A stretch of 64,000 nucleotides of DNA from NCBI GenBank assembly GCA_963665295.1, contig OY762209.1, forward strand, positions 2,720,001-2,784,000, written 5' to 3'. This DNA comes from Syntrophorhabdaceae bacterium. GTDB taxonomy: Bacteria; Desulfobacterota; Syntrophorhabdia; Syntrophorhabdales; Syntrophorhabdaceae. This document shows positions 58,065 through 64,000 of this stretch, piece after piece (the first letter of the stretch is position 1; each line of letters begins with the position of its first letter). A program made the position numbers and the translations under genes. The notes below the pieces were generated by a model that saw only the letters and a program-made list of their open reading frames with translations, made no database searches and was not told the origin of the DNA.

Positions 58065-58858
58065 ACTTTCAGACCTGCAAGGTAGTGATAGAGCAACGGC
58101 GCGGTAAAGATGAAGCTGTCTATCCGATCCAGGATTCCGCCATGTCCCGGGATCAGGGAAGAAGAATCCTTCACGTTGCTTACCCGCTTCCAGATCGATT
58201 CGAAGATATCTCCCGCCTGACCGAGAAAACCCAGGGCCATTCCGAGGAGGACGGCCTCAAGGATGCCGAGTCCCAGGACGCTGCTGGATATGGCCATGAC
58301 TATCATGCTCCCCACCATGGCCCCTGCCAGTCCTTCATAGGTCTTCTTGGGGCTGATGAGGGGGACGAGTGGCCTTTTCCCGAAGTTCTTTCCAAAGATA
58401 TAGGCCCCTGTGTCGCTTGCCCATATAGTGAAGAGAAGAATTAAAGGAAAAGCATTGCCCAGACCCTTGAGGAAATAGAAGTAGAACAGGGGGAGCACCA
58501 CAAAGACCTCCGAGAGGAAGAGGGTGTTGATGCCGGTCATGATCTCGCCGTTGATCTTAGCTTTGGTGCCCTTGCCGCTCAAGGAGACGGCCAGGAGGTA
58601 GACGACGGGCGAAAAAAGAAGCCAGAGCACATAGGACTGGAGGGATTGCCGGTAGAGCGGAACGAGGCAGACGATTGCGAGGAGGGCAAGAAGGTATCCT
58701 TGCCTCGGCTCCGCCATCTTGACGAGCTCAAGGACCGCGAGTGCGGAAACGAGGGCGAGAAAGAGAAGGAACCATTCCCGGGGGAGGTAATAAAAGACAA
58801 TAACTATCGGGGGCGCGAGGCAGACGCCTGCCAGCACCCTTTTATGAATCTCTTTCAC
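58061..58858 (-). CDS. cdsA: Phosphatidate cytidylyltransferase
   Basis: SDTGAY, ISPKKTYEG and KDSSSLIPGHGGILDRIDS motifs. Confidence 0.95.
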   Translation of the reverse strand: MKEIHKRVLAGVCLAPPIVIVFYYLPREWFLLFLALVSALAVLELVKMAEPRQGYLLALLAIVCLVPLYRQSLQSYVLWLLFSPVVYLLAVSLSGKGTKAKINGEIMTGINTLFLSEVFVVLPLFYFYFLKGLGNAFPLILLFTIWASDTGAYIFGKNFGKRPLVPLISPKKTYEGLAGAMVGSMIVMAISSSVLGLGILEAVLLGMALGFLGQAGDIFESIWKRVSNVKDSSSLIPGHGGILDRIDSFIFTAPLLYHYLAGLKV

Positions 58859-59577
58859 TCAGTCCCCTTTACTCTCCCGAATCTCCTGTCCCGCTTTGTG
58901 AATTCCCGGAGGGCTTCAAAGTATTGTTCCCTTCTGAAATCGGGCCAGAATGTTTCGGTCACGTATATCTCGGTATAGGCCATCTGCCAGAGGAGAAAGT
59001 TGCTGAGCCGCATTTCCCCGCTTGTCCTGATAAGAAGATCGGGATCAGGCATGTCCCTGGTGTAGAGATATCTGTTGAACACCTTTTCGTTGATCCGCTT
59101 GATGCGCCCTGCGAGGACGTCTTCGACCACGGAGGAGACGGCGCTCAGGATCTCTTTTCTCCCGCTGTAACTCAATGCGATATTGAGAAGAAGGTCCTTG
59201 TTTTTCTCTGTAGCCTTCATTACTTCGGCCAGCTTTACCTGGAGTACCCGGGGAAAATCCTTGATCACTCCGAGTACGTTGAATTTGATGCCCTTTTCCA
59301 TCATAAGAGGCAGTTCTTTTTCCAGGTAAAAGCCGAGGAGCTGCATGAGAGTCCGCACCTCTTCCCGCGGTCTCGTCCAGTTTTCCTTGGAAAATGCGTA
59401 GAGCGTGAGGTAGGGAATATCCATGTCCCGTGTTGCGGTCACTATTTCCCGCACGGAATCGATGCCTACCGCATGGCCGTGTGCCCTCGGCAGGCCGCGC
59501 GACGTTGCCCATCTCCCGTTGCCGTCCATGATTATGGCTACATGGACCGGGAGGCTCTCCGCTCTTAGATTGTGCAT
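58855..59577 (-). CDS. uppS: Undecaprenyl diphosphate synthase
   Basis: HVAIIMDGNGRWA, FSKENWTR and DLLIRTSGEMRLSNFLLWQ motifs. Confidence 0.97.
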   Translation of the reverse strand: MHNLRAESLPVHVAIIMDGNGRWATSRGLPRAHGHAVGIDSVREIVTATRDMDIPYLTLYAFSKENWTRPREEVRTLMQLLGFYLEKELPLMMEKGIKFNVLGVIKDFPRVLQVKLAEVMKATEKNKDLLLNIALSYSGRKEILSAVSSVVEDVLAGRIKRINEKVFNRYLYTRDMPDPDLLIRTSGEMRLSNFLLWQMAYTEIYVTETFWPDFRREQYFEALREFTKRDRRFGRVKGTE

Positions 59578-59585
59578 ATCCTGTG

Positions 59586-60143
59586 TCAGATCTCCAGGAT
59601 CTCTTTTTCTTTTTCGGAATATGCCTTCTCTGCCATTTCTATATATTTGTCGGTGAGTTTCTGGACATCTTCCTGGTCCTTATGGAGATCATCTTTGGAA
59701 ATGAGTTTGTCTTTTTCCTGTTTCTTCAGCTTCTCGTTGACCTCCCGCCTCACGTTCCTCATGGCCACCCTCGTGGCTTCGAGCATCTTGCTCCCGAGTT
59801 TCGTCACCTCTTTCCTTCGCTCTTCGGTGAGCTTGGGAAATGAGAGCCTGATGGTTTTGCCGTCGGACATGGGGGTTACGCCTATATCCGATTTCTGGAT
59901 GGCTTTCTCTATTTCACCTATGGCCGAACTGTCCCAGGGCTGTATGGTGATGGTCCTGCTGTCCAGAACGCCTATGGCCGCCACCTGGTTCAGGGGAGTG
60001 GGCTGATTGTAGTAGTTTACCTTGATGTCTTCGAGGAGGTTCACAGACGCGACCCCTGTTCTCAATTTAGACATGTCTTTCTGGAGCGTGGTGAGCGACT
60101 TCTTGAGCTTGTCTTCGAGCTCATCTATAGCTTCATTTTTCAT
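59586..60143 (-). CDS. frr: Ribosome recycling factor
   Basis: LRTG.AS, PTPLNQVA, PKLTEERRKE and VQKLTD motifs. Confidence 0.97.
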   Translation of the reverse strand: MKNEAIDELEDKLKKSLTTLQKDMSKLRTGVASVNLLEDIKVNYYNQPTPLNQVAAIGVLDSRTITIQPWDSSAIGEIEKAIQKSDIGVTPMSDGKTIRLSFPKLTEERRKEVTKLGSKMLEATRVAMRNVRREVNEKLKKQEKDKLISKDDLHKDQEDVQKLTDKYIEMAEKAYSEKEKEILEI

Positions 60144-60145
60144 AT

Positions 60146-60850
60146 TTACCTCCTCACAATAGTTCCGACGGGCTCACCGGTGACCGCCTTCTTCATATCG
60201 TCTCCCTTTATATTGAAAACGATGATCGGCAGCTGGTGGTCCCGACAGAGGGTAATCGCCGTAAGGTCCATTACCCCGAGGTTTTTGCTGATCGCTTCCA
60301 TATAGGTTACCTCCGGCAGGAAAACGGCGTCCTTGTGGACCTCCGGGTCCTTGTCGAATATACCGTCAACCTTTGTCGCCTTGCACATGACGTCGGCCCG
60401 GATCTCTATGGCCCTGAGTGCCGCCGCGGTATCGGTGGTGAAGAACGGGTTTCCCGTACCTCCCGCGAATATCACGACACGCCCCTCTGAGAGATGTCTT
60501 ACGGCCTCTTGAGTCATGTACGGTTCGACAATGCCCGCTATCCCCACGGCGCTCTGGACAGTCACGGACAGACCCGCGCTTTCGAGAGCAGCCCGCAGAC
60601 CCAGTGCGTTTATCACTGTGGCGATCATGCCCATGTGATCGCCCGTTACCCGGTCTATACCCTGCTTTTGGGCCTTGACGCCCCTCATGATGTTTCCGCC
60701 TCCCACCACCAGGCCTATTTGAACCCCGAGGTCAGCGACGCTTTTGATCTGAGCAGCCACGGCAGCAAGGGTATCGGGGTCCAACCCGTACCCTTGCGTC
60801 CCCATGAGGGCTTCACCACTTAACTTTAAGAGAATTCTTCTGTAAGTCAT
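60146..60850 (-). CDS. pyrH: UMP kinase
   Basis: RILLKLSGEAL, GGGNI.RG and GTGNPFFTTD motifs. Confidence 0.97.
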   Translation of the reverse strand: MTYRRILLKLSGEALMGTQGYGLDPDTLAAVAAQIKSVADLGVQIGLVVGGGNIMRGVKAQKQGIDRVTGDHMGMIATVINALGLRAALESAGLSVTVQSAVGIAGIVEPYMTQEAVRHLSEGRVVIFAGGTGNPFFTTDTAAALRAIEIRADVMCKATKVDGIFDKDPEVHKDAVFLPEVTYMEAISKNLGVMDLTAITLCRDHQLPIIVFNIKGDDMKKAVTGEPVGTIVRR

Positions 60851-60854
60851 TAGG

Positions 60855-61460
60855 TTACTCGGCGAGTGTCTCACCAAGCTGAAATCTTACGAACCTGTTG
60901 ACCACGATCTTTTCGCCCATCTTTACGATGAGTTCTTCAAGAAGGTCCTTTATCGTAATATCCTGATTCTTTACAAAGGTCTGCTCCATCAAGCAGATTT
61001 CCTGGAAATACTTCTCCATCTTTCCGTCCGCGATCCTGTCGATGATCTTTTCCGGTTTTCCGGACTCGAGGGCCTGGACCCTGTAAATGTGTTTCTCCTT
61101 TTCCTTCGCCTCTTCAGGTACGTCCTCTCTTCTCACGTAAGAAGGGTTCGCCGCGGCGATCTGCATGGCCAGGTCCTTCGCAAACTCCTGGAACTGAGCG
61201 GTCTTCGCCACAAAGTCCGTCTCGCAGTTTACCTCTACCATGACCCCTATTTTGCCGCCCGTATGGATGTAGGAAGAGATTACGCCTTCCGACGCGACCC
61301 TGCCCATGCGTTTTTGCAGCTTTGCCAGCCCCTTTTCTCTCAGGAACTCAATAGCTTTCTCTAAGTCGCCCTCCGCATGCTTCAACGCCTCTTTGCAGTC
61401 CATGAGGCCGACGCCTGTCTTTTCTCTAAGTTTTTTTACGAGTTCTGCGGTGATTTCCAT
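60855..61460 (-). CDS. tsf: Elongation factor Ts (short form)
   Basis: VKKLREKTG..LMDCKEAL and EVNCETDFVA motifs. Confidence 0.97.
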   Translation of the reverse strand: MEITAELVKKLREKTGVGLMDCKEALKHAEGDLEKAIEFLREKGLAKLQKRMGRVASEGVISSYIHTGGKIGVMVEVNCETDFVAKTAQFQEFAKDLAMQIAAANPSYVRREDVPEEAKEKEKHIYRVQALESGKPEKIIDRIADGKMEKYFQEICLMEQTFVKNQDITIKDLLEELIVKMGEKIVVNRFVRFQLGETLAE

Positions 61461-61474
61461 CTGTTTCCTCCTTC

Positions 61475-62263
61475 CTATTTGCTGCTGTCGTAGTCATCAT
61501 ATTTTTCTTCGAGGATGCTTTCGTCTATAAAGGGCTTCAGTTCTTCGTTCCCTTCCTCTTTAGCCTGAAATTCCTCAACGTACAGTGCTTTTCCCTCAAG
61601 GACCGCGTCGGCTATCTTCGAAGTGATGAGCTTAATGGCTCTTATGGCGTCATCGTTCCCCGGGATGATGTAATCGATATCGTCCGGATCGCAGTTCGTG
61701 TCGACTATACCGACGGTGGGTATGCCCAGTTTCTTCGCCTCGTTGACCGCAATGTATTCTTTCTTCGGGTCCACGATATAGACTGCGCCGGGAAGACGCT
61801 CCATGCCCTTGATGCCGCCTATGTTTTTTTCCAGTTTCAATCTGTCCTTTTCTATGCCTATGGCCTCTTTCTTCGGGAGGACCTTGTAAATATCGCTTTC
61901 CTTCAGTTCTTCGTATTTCCGGAGCTTGTCAAGACTTTTTCCGATGGTCTGGAAGTTGGTAAGGGTGCCGCCGAGCCACCTCACCCTGACGAAGAAGGCG
62001 CCGCATCTCCTGGCCTCTTCCGCGATGGCTTCCTGGGCCTGTTTCTTTGTGCCGACGAAGAGGATATACTCGTTCCGAGCTGCTACCTCTTTGACGAAGT
62101 TGTAAGCTTCCTTGAACATTTTCAGCGTCTTCTGAAGATCGATGATGTAGATACCGTTTCTCGCGCCGAAAATATAGGGTTTCATCTTCGGATTCCAGCG
62201 TTTTGTCTGGTGCCCGAAATGCACACCTGCCTCGAGAAGTTGTTTGATGGTAAGATTGGACAT
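61475..62263 (-). CDS. rpsB: 30S ribosomal protein S2
   Basis: [19 protein letters not shown] and PGNDDAIRA motifs. Confidence 0.98.
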   Translation of the reverse strand: MSNLTIKQLLEAGVHFGHQTKRWNPKMKPYIFGARNGIYIIDLQKTLKMFKEAYNFVKEVAARNEYILFVGTKKQAQEAIAEEARRCGAFFVRVRWLGGTLTNFQTIGKSLDKLRKYEELKESDIYKVLPKKEAIGIEKDRLKLEKNIGGIKGMERLPGAVYIVDPKKEYIAVNEAKKLGIPTVGIVDTNCDPDDIDYIIPGNDDAIRAIKLITSKIADAVLEGKALYVEEFQAKEEGNEELKPFIDESILEEKYDDYDSSK

Positions 62264-62365
62264 ACTACCTCCTGGTTTTTTTGTCTTCCGCCCTTCGCAT
62301 TTTAGTTATAGACAGATTTTCTGCACCCTACGACTAATTGAAAGACGTGTAGATTTGATTCCACG
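62264..62365 (-). promoter_or_regulatory. Probable rpsB (S2) autoregulatory leader
   Basis: About 100-nt leader with ACAC...GGGUG...AACC elements before the GGAGG RBS, in the expected position. Confidence 0.45.
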
Positions 62366-62602
62366 TATAAATACCATATGATTTCAAATATTTCAACAGA
62401 AAATAGAAAGGGGCGGCAACGTGACGGGAGAGGATTGCCGGCCTGCTTTCACGGAGATACTGTGGAGGGGACGGTGAGGTCGTGGGAAGACGCGCCTTTA
62501 TGCCCGGGGAGCCCCCCGGGGGCTGAAGGACCTTATATTGCTTGAAGATAAAAGGAGTTATGTGTTATATTCAAACGGACAAAAATAAGGAGGAAGAGTA
62601 CT

Positions 62603-62734
62603 ATGGCATCCAATACGAAAAAGACCGACGCAAGAAGGAAGAGAAAAAAGACCAGCCAGGGCAAAAAGAGAAAGGTGATAATGTCGAAAATGTCCACACC
62701 GGCTTTCGCAGTACATGTAGAGAAGAGCGAATAA
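62603..62734 (+). CDS. Small, highly basic 43-aa protein (not in ORF track)
   Basis: AAGGAGG RBS; MASNTKKTDARRKRKKTSQGKKRKVIMSKMSTPAFAVHVEKSE*. Confidence 0.75.
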   Translation: MASNTKKTDARRKRKKTSQGKKRKVIMSKMSTPAFAVHVEKSE

Positions 62735-62765
62735 ACAAAAGAAGCCGTGAAAAGCCAAGAGAAAC

Positions 62766-63920
62766 ATGGGTGAGACCCTTAGATACGAGATAGGACCCAT
62801 CAGGCCCCCCAATGAAGCTTACAGCCTGCTGGTAAGGTTTACGAGGAACTGCCCCTGGAACCAGTGCGAGTTCTGTCACACCTATAAGGGCAAGAGATTC
62901 GAAAAACGGAAACTGTCGGACATCAAAAGGGATATAGATAGCATAAAGGCCATACGCGACGATGTGACCGGTCTTTCCATGACCATGGGATATGAAGGTA
63001 AGATCACGGAGGAACTGGTTGACCATATCTTCGGGGACAGCAGCCGCAACGACTGTTACCGGAGCGTCGTTGCGTGGTTGTACTTCGGCGGCAAGAACGT
63101 CTTTATACAGGACGCGAATTCCCCGGCCATGAAGACCGAAGTGTTTGTCGAGGCCCTCCAGTACCTCAAGGAGAAGCTCCCTTCCATCGACCGGGTTACA
63201 TCCTATGCGCGGTCGAGGACGATCGCCAAGAGATTGAGCCTCGACGACTTGAAGGCAATGAAGGAAGCCGGTCTGACCAGGCTTCACGTCGGCATGGAGA
63301 CGGGCAGCAACGTTCTCCTCAATGAGATCAACAAAGGCGCGACAAAAGAAGACCATATAGCCTGCGGCAAGAAGGTGAAGGCAGCGGGAATAGAACTCTC
63401 CGAGTATGTAATTCTCGGCCTTGGCGGAAAGAAGCTGTGGGAAGAGCATGCCCTTGAAACGGCTGCCGCCCTGAACAGGATAGACCCCGATTTCATTCGA
63501 TTCCGGACGTTGAAAGTCCTGAAGGATATGCCCCTCTATGAAAAAGTGAGCAGGGGCGACTTCCTCATTCCCCATGATGAAGATATCCTGCGGGAAGAAA
63601 TGCTCCTCATCGAACATCTGGAAGGCATCGGGAGCCGGATAAAGAGCGACCATATCCTTAACCTCCTGGAAGACGTGGAAGGTAAGCTTCCTGAAGACAA
63701 GGAACGGATGATTTCAGTCATCGACCGGTTTTTTGCCATGAGCGCCGAAGAGAAGCTTGTGTACAGATTCGGCAGAAGGGCAGGAATGTATCGGAGCCTC
63801 GACGACCTCCATGACGAGCTTTCCTATTACAGGATAAAGAAGGCCATCAAGGACATGGAAGAGAAAGAACCGGGGAGCGTGGAAAAGACCCTGTCCCTCC
63901 TCCTCGAAAATTACATCTGA
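62766..63920 (+). CDS. Radical SAM protein of unknown function
   Basis: GPIRPPNE..SLL, CPWNQCEFC (CxxxCxxC), GMETGS and SDHILN motifs. Confidence 0.92.
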   Translation: MGETLRYEIGPIRPPNEAYSLLVRFTRNCPWNQCEFCHTYKGKRFEKRKLSDIKRDIDSIKAIRDDVTGLSMTMGYEGKITEELVDHIFGDSSRNDCYRSVVAWLYFGGKNVFIQDANSPAMKTEVFVEALQYLKEKLPSIDRVTSYARSRTIAKRLSLDDLKAMKEAGLTRLHVGMETGSNVLLNEINKGATKEDHIACGKKVKAAGIELSEYVILGLGGKKLWEEHALETAAALNRIDPDFIRFRTLKVLKDMPLYEKVSRGDFLIPHDEDILREEMLLIEHLEGIGSRIKSDHILNLLEDVEGKLPEDKERMISVIDRFFAMSAEEKLVYRFGRRAGMYRSLDDLHDELSYYRIKKAIKDMEEKEPGSVEKTLSLLLENYI

Positions 63921-64000
63921 TACAATTTACCATCTGAACAAAATCGTTCACCCTCCGCATTGTCCGGCAAAGACCGCCCGTATTCCGGGAATGACGGGTT

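Noticed and set aside
60855..61460. Short EF-Ts as a truncation
   Set aside because: The roughly 200-aa form is a normal variant in several bacterial lineages.
1..64000. tRNA, rRNA, CRISPR arrays or prophage genes
   Set aside because: None recognised by eye; tRNAscan-SE and CRISPR finders were not run.

Overview
A 64-kb chromosomal window from an anaerobic bacterium. Gene content (NfnAB fusion, ADP-forming acyl-CoA synthetase, DUF39 homocysteine enzyme, short EF-Ts, AddAB) suggests Desulfobacterota/deltaproteobacteria, possibly a syntroph; this is inference only. Positions 1-2100 are a nested mobile region: the 3' end of a probable AIPR-family gene interrupted by an intact IS630, next to a decayed, internally deleted IS1595 whose left end is at about 2096. 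The rest is mostly housekeeping and metabolic: purE, cobB, manC, comM, two two-component systems, nfnAB, glgX, a MacAB-TolC-like efflux operon, acdAB, addAB, ilvE, an ABC-F ATPase and the rpsB-tsf-pyrH-frr-uppS-cdsA-dxr-rseP-tsaB operon. The most notable signal is missing from the ORF track: a 78-aa Nfu/NifU-C-like gene (48270-48506, minus) with an in-frame TGA at the position of the second CxxC cysteine, followed by Cys (a U-C motif) and a plausible SECIS hairpin. It is a candidate selenoprotein and ends a co-oriented run of sulfur/Fe-S genes headed by a structured 5' leader. Other signals are an uncharacterised lipoprotein plus small helical protein pair, an internally deleted aspD, a PDZ-less RseP paralog with a permuted papain-like enzyme appended to the rpsB operon, a homopolymer-frameshifted MFS gene and an unannotated 43-aa basic protein. 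All family calls come from motif recognition by eye; no database searches were run.
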